Below, piece after piece: positions 49,026-62,344 of a DNA stretch of 64,000 nt. Origin of the DNA: Chiloscyllium plagiosum (taxonomy: Eukaryota); contig NC_057754.1 in the NCBI RefSeq assembly GCF_004010195.1, positions 5,381,781-5,445,780 on the forward strand, written 5' to 3'. Made by a program: the position numbers and the translations under genes. The first letter of the stretch is position 1; each line of letters opens with the position of its first letter. The notes beneath the pieces are model-generated. The model worked only from the letters and a program-made list of their open reading frames with translations, was not told where the DNA came from and did not search any database.

Positions 49026-50552
49026 TTCCTGCTCCTCGGATGCTGCCTGGCCTGCTGTGCTTTTCCAGCAACACACTCTCAACTCACTCTCTCTCAGTCC
49101 AACTCATCCATGCTGTCGAAGCTTCCCAAACCCAAACTAGCCCCCATTTGCTTGCGTTAGGTCCATATCCCCCTAAACCTTTCCTATCCATGTACCTGTC
49201 CAAATGTCTTTTAAATGTTGGAACTGTACCAGCATCCACCACTTCCTCCAATAGTTTGTTCCACACACGAACCACCCATTGTGTGAAAAAGTTGCCCCTC
49301 GGGCCCCTTTTAAGCTTTCCACCTCTCTCACCGTAAAATTATGGCCCTCTATATTTGAACTCCTCCATACGAGGGAAAAGACCTTTGCTACGTTTATTAA
49401 ATCGTGAGAGTATTCCATAGGAGGCCTAACCAATTTCCTGTACAGACGCAACATGGCATTTCAACTCCTATACTCAATGCACTAACCAATAAAGGCAAGC
49501 ATGCTATACACCTTCTTCACTAATCTGTCTACCTGTGACTCCACTTTCAAGGAATAATGAATCTGCACCCCCTGGACTCTTTGTTCAGCAACACTCCCCA
49601 GAACCTTACCACTAAGTGTATAAGTCTTGCTCTGATTTGCCTTTCCAAAGTTGAGCACCTCAAATTTACCTAAATTAAACTCCATTTGCCACGCCTAGGC
49701 CCATCTGATCAAGGTCCTGTTGAACTCTGTGGTAACCTCCTTCACTGTCCACTACTGTGGGTCTCAAGGTCATCTTTAGTCCATGAGGGAAAAAATGGGT
49801 CACTGGTGTTTTTCTCAACATGTAAATGTGCACATGGACAGCGTGATGGCTCAGTGGTCGGCGCTGCTACCTCACAGCGCCAGGGACCTGTGTTCAATTC
49901 CGGGCTTGGGTGACTGTCTGTGTGGAGTTTGCACATTCTCCCTGTCTCTGTGTGGGGTTTCCTCCGGGTGCTCCAGTTTCCTCCCACAATCCAAAGATGT
50001 GCAGGTTAGGGTAGATTGGCCATGCTAAATTGCCCAGAATGTTCAGGGATGTGGAGGTTAGGTGCATTAGTCAGGGGTAGTAGAGGATAATTGGGGTGGG
50101 TAACTCTTTGGAGGGTCGGTGTGGACTTGTTGGGCCAAAGGGCCCGTTTCCACATGAAGGGATTCTATGATATTGATTTTTATATTTTTGCCCTTTTTAT
50201 CTGTCAGGTATGACCACACAAATCAGGAACATGTACGGAGGGTTTGAGTTATAAAGAAAGGCTGGATAGGCTAGGCCTTTTTTCACTGGTGCGTAGAAGG
50301 TTGAGGGTGAACTTATAGAGATTTATAAAATCATGAGGGGTATTAATAAGATGAATGGCAGATGTCTTCTCCCTAGGTGGAGGATTTCAAGACTAGGGGG
50401 CACATGTTTAAGGTGAAAGGAGAAAGATTTTAAGAAGACATGTGGGGCTTTTTTTTTACACAGAGGGTGGTGTATGTGTGGAATGAACGTCCAGAGGAAG
50501 TGGTGGATAAGGGTACAGTTACAATGTTTAAGAGATGTTCAGATAAGTTGTC

Positions 50553-51055
50553 ATCATGTTCATCATCATCGGCGGTCCCTCATGGATGAGGATGACTCTC
50601 TCCCACACTCAGGGTGAGTCCATAGATGGCTGTTCAGACCGAGGGGGCTACTGCAGGCCCTGTTACACTTGGGGTGGTCGTGGGAAGGGGGTGGTGGGTG
50701 GGGCATTGTCATGGCAGTGCACCCCTTACGCTGTTGCTGCTCGGCTTCCGCCTTTTCCCGACGGCAAGCCTCAAGGAGCTCGACACCTTCCCGGCTACTG
50801 CTCTCCAACTTTGGATGGTCTTGGGCCAGTGATTCCCAGGTGTCTGTGGGAATGCTGCACTTCCCCGGTGAGGCCTTGAGGGTATCCCTGAAGTGCTTTC
50901 TCTGTCCACCAGGGGCTCCACTCAGTTTCGGAGCTGGGGTAGAGCACCTGCTCGGATAGTCTTGTGTTGGTCATGCAGACGACGTGCCCAGCCCATCGCA
51001 GACAATCGAGATGGGGGTCAGTGCCTCGATGCTGGGGATGTTGGCCTGGTCAAGG
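50553..51055 (-). mobile_element. RTE-clade LINE 3' end
   Basis: Minus-strand C-terminal CxxC...H-like segment (PKCNRACSSPLGLNSHL) and a (GAT)n tail. Confidence 0.6.
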
Positions 51056-53509
51056 AATCTAGGTAATTACACGAATAGGAAAGGTTTGGAGAGATATGTG
51101 CCAGGAGCAGGCAGGTGGGACTAGTTTAGTCTGGGATTAGGGTCGGCATGGACTGATCAGACCAAATGGTTTATTTCCATGCTGTGTGACTCTATGAGTA
51201 AATCCCTTGTATCTGTTCAACAATTCATTTCTGACTGTAAACTCAAATCTGCATTCCCACCTTGACCTATAACCTTTCACACTCTTGCTTAAAAGAATCG
51301 ATTTACTTCATATTTAAAAAATATTCAAAGCCTCTGCCTTCACCACCCTTTCAAGAAAAGAGCTCCACAACTCTTGGAGATAAAATATTTCAGTTAATTG
51401 TGTTTTTAATGGGCAACTCCTACTTTATTAAATTTTTGATCATTCTTTGTGTGTTTTCATATTCTACCCAATCCTCTGATCTGCTACCTGTGTTTGCACA
51501 TTTTCTAAAGGTTTTTAAAAAAAAATTATTTATTTGTGGGATGTGCTGACTGGCGCCAGCATTTATTACCTCTGTCCCTAGTTATCCCCTTGAGAAGGTG
51601 GGGGTGAGCCGCCATCTTGAACCGCTGCTGTCCACCTGCTGTGGGTTAGACCCACAATGCCCTGAGGGAAGGAATTCCAGGATTCTGACCCACCGACAGT
51701 GAAGGAATGGCCGATATATTTCCAAGTCGGGATGGTGAGTCACTCAGAGGGGAACTTAAAGGGGGTGGTGTTCCCATGCATCTGCTGCCCTTCTTCTGGA
51801 TGAAGCAATCGTAGATTTTGAAGGTGCTGTCTGAGGATCTTTGGTGAATTTGTTTGAAAATACCTTTAATCTTTCAAGTTAACCACGGACCTTAGAATTC
51901 TGCTTATTCATTGCAATGTATCAATTCCGTGTATTCTGAAAATAATTTCTGAAAGGTCAGCTACTGCATTTCCAGTGACCTGTACCTTAATATAACTTGC
52001 TATAATTCACTTTAGCTGGCTCCGTTTTCATTCTTCAATCATGAAACTAAGTTAATAATGACCAAAAACCCTCGCAAATTGGCAGCGCCTACATGCTGTG
52101 AATGAATTTTTTTTAATTCCACTTATTTAAAGTTTAACAAGTTGTCTTGGACCCACTTTATTTCTTCCTCAAACTGACTATAAAATTCAATCATTTTATG
52201 GTCACAAATACCTCGTGATGCCTTTACTGTGAGATCATTAATTGGCCTGATCTTGTTGCACATTGCTAGGTCCAGAGTAGACTGCTCCCTGGTTGGTTCC
52301 TGAACTAGCTATTCTGAGAATCTATGCTCAACAACAGCTTTATCTTAGCCAGCCTCGCCCGCCTGACTGTTCCAGTAGACATGTACGTAGAACTTAGAAC
52401 TACAGAGCACAGGAACAGGCCCTTCGGCCCACAAAGTTGTACTGAATATGATGCCAAACAACTTCTTCCACGCTTTTAAAGACTTCTGAATGAACCTCTC
52501 AAATTTTTAAACCTAATGTTGATCTCGCTTTTTGGCACCTTCTCTGCAGCCGTAACTTTGTATTCCTCACTCTGCTCAACCACTCTACGATCCTTGTATG
52601 ATCCGATCTGCCTGTACTGTACGCAAAACGAAACTTTTCACTGTACGTGGATGCATGTGACAATAATAAATCAAATCGAATCAAGTTAAACTAATCCCTC
52701 CACTCCTTGTGTATTCGTGTGCTTGTCTAAAAGCCCCTCAAACACCCCTGTCGTATCTGCCCCCACCACCACCTCTGGCAGTGCATTCCAGACTCCTACC
52801 ACTCTCTGTGTACGAAACTTGCCCCTCACATTTCCTTTGAACATTTCCCCTCTCACCTTAAATGCACACCCACAAGAATTGGAGAGATGCGGGGATTAAA
52901 GTCTCTCATGATTGTCACTGTGCCTTTCTCGCAAGCTCTCATCGTTCCCTCTTTAATGCTTCACCTTATCAGGTTACTTTGTAAATATGCACAGGCAAAG
53001 CAGATCGGTGAGCCTCTTTTGAACAGTGAGGTGCAGGAGAAGTGCTGAGGGCTTCAGTTGGGGGGGGGGGAAGGGTCCTTGGGTAGGGGGGAATTCCTGG
53101 GTACGTGATGCATCCTTTAAGATATGGCCATGACTGCGACATGGAGGGACGTGTTGTGACTGGGCACCCAAGGTGGGCTTCAGGTGATCCCATTTCTCCC
53201 GGGTCAGAGCCTGAAGTCGGATTCTGATGGCGTTGAGGGCTTCCTGATAACATGTTCGACATCCACATGTAGGGTGTTTCCAACAGGTCGCTCGGTCTCG
53301 CTGGTCAGTACTGAAGTGCAAGGCCATGGATAACGTAACTGTCACAGGTTTCAAAATTTTGAATAACCAGTGTCTGTTTAACATCTACAGGTTCATGGTT
53401 CCTTAAAGGTGGAGTCACAGATAGACAGGGTAGTGAAGAAAGTGTTTGGCATGCTTGACTTTATTGGGCAGTGCATCGAGTATAGGAGTTGGCAAGTTAT
53501 TTTTATTTG

Positions 53510-54470
53510 TTTGTTTTTATGGGATGTGGGTGTCTCTTGCTGGGCCCAGCATTCATTTCCCCTTGTCCCTAATTGCCCCTTTGAGAAAGTGGGGGGGGAG
53601 CTGCCTCCTTGAACCACGGCAGTCCACCTGCTGTGGGTTGACCCACAATGCCCTGAGGGAGGGAATTTCAGGATTCCGACCAGTGACAGTGAAGGAACAG
53701 GGATATATTTCCAGGTCAGGACGGTGAGAGGCTCAGAGGGGAACTGCAGGGGGGTGGTGTTCCCATGTACCTGCTGCCCTTGTCCTTCGAGATGGAAGTG
53801 ATAGTGGGATTGGAAGGCGCTATCTGAGAATCTTTGGTGATTTGCTGCAGTGCATCTTGTAGATGGTACACACTGCTGCTACTGAGCATCGGTGGTGGAG
53901 GGAGTGGGTGCCTGTCGATTCGGTAAAAACAATGACTGCTGATGCTGGAAACCAGATTCTGGATTAGTGGTGCTGGAAGAGCACAGCAGTTCAGGCAGCA
54001 TCCAAGGAGCTTCGAAATCGACGTTTCGGGCAAAAGCCCTTCATCGATTTGGTGCCAATCGAGTGGGGCTGCTTTGTCCAGGATGGTATGGAGCTTCTTG
54101 AATGTTGCTGGGGCTGTGTTCATCCACGGGCAAGCAGGGAGTATTCCCTCACCCTCCTGACCTGTGCCTGGTCGATGGTGGACAGGCTTTGGGGACTCAG
54201 GAAGTGAATTACTTGCTTCAATATTCATAGCCACTGACCTGCTTTTGCAGCCATTGTGTTTATGTGGTGAGTCCCGTTGAGTGTTTGGTCAATGATAAGC
54301 CCCAGGATGTTGATAGTAGGGAAATTAGTGATGGCAACGCCACTGAATGTCAGCGGACAGTGGTTAGATAGTCTCTTATTGGCGATGGTCATAGCCTGGT
54401 GTTTGTGTGGCGTGAATGTTATTTGCTATTTGTCAGCCCAAGTCTGGATATTGTCTAGATCTTGTAGCGG
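53510..54470 (-). mobile_element. 3' end of a second CR1/L2-type LINE family
   Basis: Recurrent gggatgtggg...gcccttgagaaggtggtggtgagc...ggaattccagga block, also at about 1140-1530, 26035-26540, 44835-45190 and 51525-51850. Confidence 0.6.
53922..54045 (-). mobile_element. Single-arm hammerhead-family element truncated inside the core
   Basis: Same sequence family as 26220-26451. Flanks tcgattcggt and tcgatttggt. Confidence 0.65.
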
Positions 54471-55749
54471 CTATATAGGACATTGGTTAGGTCACTTTGT
54501 CTTGTCCTACAGGCAGGGCACAATCACTGGAGAACGCAACATGGTTGTGTGCAGTCAAGAGGAAGTTGCTCTGAGAGACCTCATCATTGATTCCTGACCT
54601 CATGAAGTCTCATGGTATCAGGTAAAACTTGCATCAGAAAATGTCCTGCTGATTTTCACCTACCAACTCCCTTGACCGATGAATTAGTTCTCTGCCATAT
54701 TGAAGACCATTTGGTGGACACACTGGGGATGGCAATATCACAGAGTACAGCCTTGTTGGGGAATTTCAGTACTCATCACCAGGAGCGGCTCAGCAATACC
54801 ATTACTTACTGAACCTGGGGTGCAGGTTCACAGTTCTTTGAAAAAGGAGTCACAGGTAGACAGAGGTAGTGAAGAAGGCGTTTACACACTCGCCTTTATT
54901 GGTCAGTGCATACACGTACCACTCTCTGCGTGAAAAAGGTTGCCCCTTAGGTCACTTTTAAATCTTTCCCCTCTCATCTTACATCTATGCCCTATGGTTT
55001 TGGACTCTCTGACCCTGGGGAAAAGACCTTGGCTATTCACCCTATCCATGCCCCTTGTGATTTTACAAACCTCTATAAGGTCACCCTTCAGCCTCCGATG
55101 CTCCAGTGAAAAGCCTATTCAGCCTCTCCCTGTAGCTCAAACCCTCCAACCCTGGTAACATCCTTGTAAATCTTTTCTGAACCCTTTCAAGTTTCACAAC
55201 ATCCTTCCGATAGGAGGGAGACTAGAATTGCATGCAATATTCCAAAAGTGGCCTAACCAATGTCCTGTACAGCCGCAACATGACCTCCCAACTCCTGTAC
55301 TCAATACTCTGACCAATAAAGAAAAACATAACAAACGCCTTCTTCACTATCCTATCCATTTGCAATTCTACTTTCAAGGAGCTATGAACCTGCACTCCAA
55401 GGTCTCTTTGTTCAGCAACACTCCCCAGGACCTTACCATTAAGTGTATAATGGTGCACTTTATAAATGCCCTGCAGTGTGGAAACAGGCCATTCGGCCCA
55501 ATAAGTCCACACCTCTGAAGAGAACTTCTGTCCCCATTCATCTGTTTGTATGTTCTTAAAAGAAAGTCAATGGTGTTACCCAACATCTACATTAAAACCT
55601 GATGAATAATTTATATTTCTATTCAGATACAAGGTGAGGCAGTAAAATTTTCAGAACGTCTGCTTGGTGTGCTGCATTTTCAGAGCATTCCAGAGTTGTT
55701 CATGCTGTTAACTCTTCAATAACTGAAGGTTCCATTCTTGTCTTGACAG

Positions 55750-55853
55750 TGGGACTTGGTGTGCGATCAGAGGTCGCTGAGATGGATCACACAATCGATA
55801 TACATGGCTGGATTGCTGGTGGGAGCCATGGTGCTGGGCAGGCTTTCTGACAA
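55750..55853 (+). CDS. SLC22A6-like: Gene B exon 2 ([34 protein letters not shown]); the gene presumably continues past the window end
   Basis: Acceptor tgacag|TGG, donor CAA|gtaagg, 104 nt, 17 differences from gene A exon 2. No exon 3 recognised before 64000. Confidence 0.93.
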
Positions 55854-55914
55854 GTAAGGATGGCAGAATGGGCACTGCAAACTGTACTGCCCAGTCAGGT
55901 TGTTCAAGCTGTTA

Positions 55915-56820
55915 AGACCATAAGACGTAGGCGCACAAATTAGGCCATTCAGCCCATCGAGTCAGCTCCACCATTCAATCATGGCTGATATGTTTCTCAA
56001 CCCCATTTTCCCACTTACTCCCTGTAATCTTTGATCCCCTTGATACTCAAGAACCTATCCATCTCAGTCTTGCATATACTCTGTGACCTGGCCTCCACAG
56101 CCTTCAGGGGCAGTAAATTCCATAGATTCCCCACTCCCTGGCTGAAGATGTTTCTCCTTATCTCCATTCTAAAGGGTCTTCCCTTCACTCTAAGGCTGTG
56201 CCCTCCTAGTCTCTCCTACCAATGGAAACATCTTCCCAACATCTACTTTGTCATCATTCTGTATGTTTCAATTAGATCACCCTCCCCCCCCGCCCCCCAA
56301 TCCTTCAAAACTCCATCAAGTATAGACCCAGAGTCCTCAAACATTCCTCACATGTTCAGCTTTTGATTCCTGGGACCATTCTCGTGAACCTCCTCTGGAC
56401 CCGCTCCAGGGCCAGTACATCCTTCCTGAGATATGGGGCCCAAAACTGTGTACAATACTCCAAATGTGGTCTGACCAGCGCCTTACAGAGCATCAGGTGT
56501 ACGTCCCTGTTTTTATATTCAAGTCCTCTAAAAATGAATGCCACCATTGTATTTGCCTTCCTAACTACCGACTCAACCTGCAACTTCACCTTGAGAGAAT
56601 CCTGGACTAGAACTCCCAAGTCTCTTTGCACTTCAGACTCCTGAAATTTCTCCCCATTTACAAAATAGTCCATGCCTCTATTCTTCCTACCAAAAGGGCA
56701 TGACCTCACACTTCCCCCACATTGTACGCCATCTGCCACTTCTTTGCCCACTCTCCGAACCTGTCCAAATCTTTCTGCAGTCTCCCTGCCTCCTCAATGC
56801 TACCTGTCCTTCTACCTATC
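55915..56820 (-). mobile_element. CR1 LINE 3' fragment
   Basis: ORF 56356-56751 with RDLGVLV and LVRPHLEY motifs. Confidence 0.85.
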
Positions 56821-57668
56821 TGTTGGCTCAGGAATTGACTTTGTACGACTTCTGATTAGTCCTCCAGCTACGCTTTCAGCAAATGGTGGTGGAAATTTCT
56901 CAGGAATCCTATCCCACATCCGGCTTGATGATCCGGCCCCTTTAGGGAAAAGAATTAGCTTTATTATGATGAGTACAGTGAAGGGTTTACAAGTCACCAT
57001 TACGCCATCTTAGGTACCAAGGTACAGATTCTTAAGTATAAATTATTCAGTAAGAAAAAAATATAGAAATACAAAGTCCAGCAATTAATCAGAAAAATAG
57101 AGAAATATGAGTTCAGAATTGCTGTTTGTGAGTTATAGACTCATAGCACGGAGAAAGCCCTTTGGCCCAAACTGGTCCATACTGACCAAAATGTCCATCC
57201 ACACTCACCCCATTTCCCTGCACTTGGCCCATATCCTTCTAAAGCTTTCCTATCCATGTGTTTGTCCAAATGCCTTCTAAATGTTGTTAATATACCTGCT
57301 TCAACCACTTCCACTGGCAGCTGATTCCATTCTTTGAACATGGGATGCAATTAATACCGATTAGATTCAGACATCCAGCATGTTCCACAAAGACAGTAGC
57401 CTCTGAATGTTCCGTCATGCAGCTGGACTCACAGTAAATTGCCCTGCACCAACCAAAGAAGAGACGCCTGAATTGATTTATAAAGAAGTCTCACATATTC
57501 CCGATTTAAATTCTACCTCCAACTGGGGATAACTGCCCAATCAACGCAACTACAAAATGCTGATTGACACAAGACAACTTTGACATCACACATGTCTACC
57601 TCAACCATCAGCACCAATAATTACAGGAATCAGCAGACTCCTTCATTAATGAGAGCCTTCCGGCACAG

Positions 57669-59555
57669 TCTGGAGGCAAGGCCCAGAGCGGAATGGAGAC
57701 AAGGCCCAGAGCGGAATGGAGGCAAGGCCCATAGTGGGATGGAGGCAAGTCACAGAGCAAAATGAAGTCAAGTCCCAGAGCAGAATGGAATCAAGGCCCA
57801 GAGTGGAATGTAGGCAAGGGCCCAGAGCAAAATGAAGTCAAGTCCCAGAGCGGAATGGAGGAACGTCCCAGAGCAGAATGGAATCTAGTCCCAGAGCAGA
57901 ATGGAGGCAAGTCCCAGAGCAGAATGGAGGCAAGTCCCAGAGTGGAATGGAGGCAAGGCCCAGAGTGGAATGGAGGCAAGTTCCAGAGCAAAATGGAGGC
58001 AAAACACAGAGCAGAATGGAGGCAAGTCCCAGAGCGGAATGGAGGCAGGTCCCAGAGCAGAATGGAGGAACGTCCCAGAGCGGAATGGAGGCAAGTCCGA
58101 GAGCGGAATGGAGACAAGTCCCAGAGCGGAATGGAGGCAAGGCCCAGAGCGGAATGGAGGCAAGTCCCAGAGCGGAATGGAGGCAAAACCTAGAGCAGAA
58201 TGGAGGCAAGTCCCAGAGTGGAATGGAGGCAAAGCCCAGAGCAGAATGGAGACAAGTCCCAGAGCAGAATGGAGGCAAGTCCCAGAGCGGAATGGAGGCA
58301 GGTCCCAGAGCAGAATGGAGGAACGTCCGAGAGCGGGATGGAGACAAGTCCGAGAGCAGAATGGAGACAAGTCCCAGAGCGGAATGGAGGCAAGGCCCAG
58401 AGCGGAATGGAGGCAAGGCCCAGAGCGGAATGGAGGCAAGTCCCAGAGCAGAATGGAGGCAAGTCCCAGAGCAGAATGGAGGCAAGACCCAGAGCAGAAT
58501 GGAGGCAAGGCCCAGAGTAGAATGGAGGCAAGGCCCAGAGTGGAATGGAGGCAGGTCCCAGAGCAGAATGGAGGCAAGTTCCAGAGCAGAATGGAGGCAA
58601 GTCCCAGAGCAAAATGAAGTCAAGTCCCAGAGCGGAATGGAATCAAGTCCCAGAGTGGAATGGAATCAAGTCCCAGAGTGGAATGGAGGCAAGTCCCAGA
58701 GTGGAATGGAGGCAAGTTCCAGAGCAGAATGGAGGCAAGTTCCAGAGCAGAATGGAGGCAAGTCCCAGAGCAAAATGAAGTCAAGTCCCAGAGCGGAATG
58801 GAATCAAGTCCCAGAGTGGAATGGAGGCAAGTCCCAGAGCGGAATGGAATCAAGTCCCAGAGCGGAATGGAGGCAAGTCCCAGAGCGGAATGGAGGCAAG
58901 TTCCAGAGTGGAATGGAGGCAAGGCCCAGAGCAGAATGGAGGCAAAACACAGAGCAGAATGGAGGCAAGTCCCAGAGCGGAATGGAGACAAGTCCCAGAG
59001 CGGAATGGAGACAAGTCCCAGAGTGGAATGGAGGCAAGTCCCAGAGCAGGATGGAGGCAGGTCCCAGAGCAGAATGGAGGCAAGGCCCAGAGTGGAGTGG
59101 AATCAAGTCCCAGAGCAGAATGGAGGCAAGGCCCAGAGTGGAATGGAGGCAGGTCCCAGAGCAGAATGGAGACAAGTCCCAGAGCAGAATGGAGGCAGGT
59201 CCCAGAGCAGAATGGAGGCAGGTCCCAGGGAGGCAAGGCCCAGAGTGGAATGGATGCAAGTTCCAGAGCAAAGTGAAGTCAAGTCCCAGAGCAGAATGGA
59301 GGCAGGTCCCAGAGCAGAATGGAGGCAAGTTCCAGAGCAGAATGGAGACAAGTCCCAGAGTGGAATGGAGGCAGGTCCCAGAGCAGATTGGAGACAAATC
59401 CCAGAGCAAAATGAAGTCAAGGCCCAGAGCGGAATGGAGGCAAGACCCAGAGCAGAATGGAGGCAAGTCCCAGAGCAGAATGGAGGCAAGTCCCAAGTTG
59501 AATGGAGTCAAGAATCAGAGCAGAATGAAGGCAAGGCCCAGAGTGAAATGGAGAC
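57669..59555 (+). repeat. 23-bp minisatellite, about 80 copies (consensus CCCAGAGCRGAATGGAGGCAAGT), in gene B intron 2
   Basis: Direct inspection. The 69-nt (23-aa) periodicity appears in all frames of the ORF track. Confidence 0.95.
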
Positions 59556-62175
59556 GATATGCCAGCATACACTGTATGAGGCAGTACTACAGTCAATGTT
59601 CATGTGTAAGTCAAGGGTGACTTGGAGTTGGGATACCAGCCTCTGTAGCGTTATTTCAAGCAGGTTCGAACTTCCCCTCAGTTTTGGCGAGCTTCTTATT
59701 GGGCAGACCAGACATCTTTGGGCCTTGCCTGTCTCTGGACCCGGACTGAGACTAGAATGAAGAATATCCCAGTTATACACTCTTTGTCTGGACTGCTAAG
59801 TTGTCTTTAGATTGCTAAACAATTAAAATGATTACTCTGACCACGATTCCATTTTGAATGAGCTTATCCTTCCACGCCCCTTGAACTGGCCAATCGATGT
59901 GAATCATTAGAATTTGAATTAGCTTTCTTGTCACATATACTCACATGACTACAGTGAAAAGTTGCCATTTACAGGGCCATCTTAGGTACCGAGGTACCCA
60001 GGCGCAGAGATTGTTAAGGAAAACTTCTGAGGGAAAAAGAATAGAAAAATAGAGAATTAGTAAGTCCAGCATGACAGATGTTTGGATTAATTATTTTCTA
60101 ATTTAATCCAAAAATTAATCCAAGTTACCCTTTATTTCCACATAAACATTGACTATAGTACTGCCTCATACAGGGTCAGGCACCAGCATATCCCTGACAC
60201 TTGATCCTTTTATCTCAGGCAGGCCTGTCGTTAAGCTTGAAAAGGTTCAGAAAACATTAACAGTGCAGGAAGCTTCCGCTATTTCAGGTGTATAGTTTTT
60301 GCCGGTTTATCAAGAGGGCCCAGTTTAAAACAAAGTTTGATTAGGTTACCTACAGTATGGAAACAGGCCCTTTGGCCCAACAAGTTCACACCGACCCTCC
60401 AAAGAGTAACCCATCCCCCCGTACATTTACCCTGAACACGATGGACAATTTAGCACAGCCAATTCACCTGGCTTACACATCTTTGGACTGGGGGAGGAAA
60501 CCCACACAGACACAGGGAGATTGTGCAAACTCCACAGAGACAGTCACCCGAGGTAGGAAGTGAACCTGGGTCCCAACTGCTGTGCGGCTGCAGTGCTAAT
60601 CACTGAGCCACCATGCCACCCTGCTTTTAAGCTGTTAATTCAGTTCTGGTCTCCCTGCTATAGAAAAGATGTTTTTCAGCTTGAAAGGATTCAGGAAAGA
60701 TTAACAAGGATGTTGCCAGGGTTGGAGCCATGGGAGAGGCTGAATAGGCTGGGGCTATTTTTACTGGAGAGTCAGAGGCTGAGGAGTGACCTTATAGAGG
60801 TTTGTAAAATCACGAAGGGCATGGATAGGGTGAATAGCCAAGATATTTTTCCCAGGGGTGTGGGTGTCCTAAACTAGAGGACATAGGCTTAAGGTGAGAG
60901 GGTAAACATTTAAAAGGGATCGAAAGGGCAGACTTTTTCATGCATTGGGTGGTGGGTGTATGGAATGAGCTGCCAGAGGAAGTGGTGGAGGCTGGTACAA
61001 TGACAACATTTAAAAGGCATCTGGATGGGTACGTGAATAGGAAGGGTTTGGAGGGATATGGGCCAAGTGCAGGCAGGCAGGATTAGATTGGGTTTGGATA
61101 TTTGGTCGGCATGAACGAGATGGGCTGAAGGGTCTATTTCGGTGCCGCACGTCTCTGTGACAGCCAGCCAATAATGAATTGACAAGCAGAAACCTTAGTC
61201 AAGGCCGTTCCTCCAGATTGGCACTGGGTCCCCAATGATGGAACTGAGTGTGTTCATGAACAAAAGACCCAAAGAACCACAGATGATGGACAAAGCAGGA
61301 ACTGTTTCAGAAACTCAGCAGGTCTGGCAGCGTCTGTGGAGAAAGAGCTGAGTTAATGTTTCGAGTCCAGCACTGCAAGACCTGCTGAGTTTTTCCAGCA
61401 ATTCTAGTTGGTGTTGAGGGATATTGGAAACTAACTGAGACGGTTGTGGGCAATCTATGTTAAAATACCATTCACGACCCGACCTTATGAGTGGGTTTAC
61501 GCCCGAAACATTGATTCTCCTGCTCTTCAGATGCTGCCTGACCTGTTGTGCTTTCCTAGCGCCACAGTTTTTGATTTAAGAATGGTAATCTTTAGCTCAA
61601 CATTCAGGAAAACAGGTTGGTGGGGCTAGGTTGTAAGAATAAAACATTGTTGCTGTGAGAGTTTAAAGCTGCAACACTCTGCGCCAATAGCTGTCAGTTC
61701 TGGTTACTCAGTTATATTAAGCTGGAGATGGTACAGAAGAGACTTAACAGGATGTTGCGGGGTATGGGGGGGGTGGTTTGAGTTATAAGGAGAGGCTGGT
61801 TAGGCTGGGACTTTTTTTCACTGGAGTGTAGGAGTTTGAGAGGCGACATTATAAAAGTTTATAAAATAATGAAGGGTATAGATAGTATTAATGGTTTTCC
61901 CTAGGATGGAGGATTTCAAGACTAGGGGCACATTTTTAAGGTGACAGGATAAAGATTTTAAAAAGACACAAGGGACAAACCTTTTACACAGAGGGTGGCT
62001 TGTGTGTGGAATGAACTTCCAGAGGAAGTGGTGCTTGTGGGTACAATTACAACTTTTAAAAGACATTTGGATAGCTACATGAATAGGAAAGGGTTTGGAG
62101 GGATATTGGCCAGAAGCAGGCAGCTGGGACTAGTTTAGTTTGGGATCATGGTCGACACAGACTGGTTGGACAGGA

Positions 62176-62211
62176 ATTCCTGATGAAGAGCGTATGCTCG
62201 AAACATCGACT
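62176..62211 (+). ncRNA. Minimal hammerhead ribozyme motif (compensatory stem II variant)
   Basis: attc-CTGATGA-a-GAGC-gtat-GCTC-GAAA-c-ATC-gact. A G-C to A-U covariation in stem II relative to other copies. Confidence 0.62.
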
Positions 62212-62344
62212 CTCCTGCTCCTTGGATTCTGCCTGACCAGCTGCGCTTTTCCAGCACCACAACTCTATTTAAGCCCATGTCTCTACAAACAGTAGGCAAC
62301 ACACAGCAAACGGGTGAATGACTCACCAGTATCATTACATTGCA

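Noticed and set aside
48207..55853. Gene B as an uncollapsed haplotype or a pseudogene
   Set aside because: Exon 2, TM1 and the introns differ too much for an allele, and both exons have intact frames and splice sites. Its status beyond exon 2 cannot be seen in this window.
57669..59555. CRISPR array
   Set aside because: Head-to-tail repeats with no unique spacers, in a eukaryotic context with no cas genes.
57762..59760. Long repetitive ORFs (580, 366, 261, 238 aa) as a novel repeat protein
   Set aside because: They arise from a 23-bp minisatellite. All frames on a strand give the same 23-aa periodic peptide, both strands are open, and the array is intronic.
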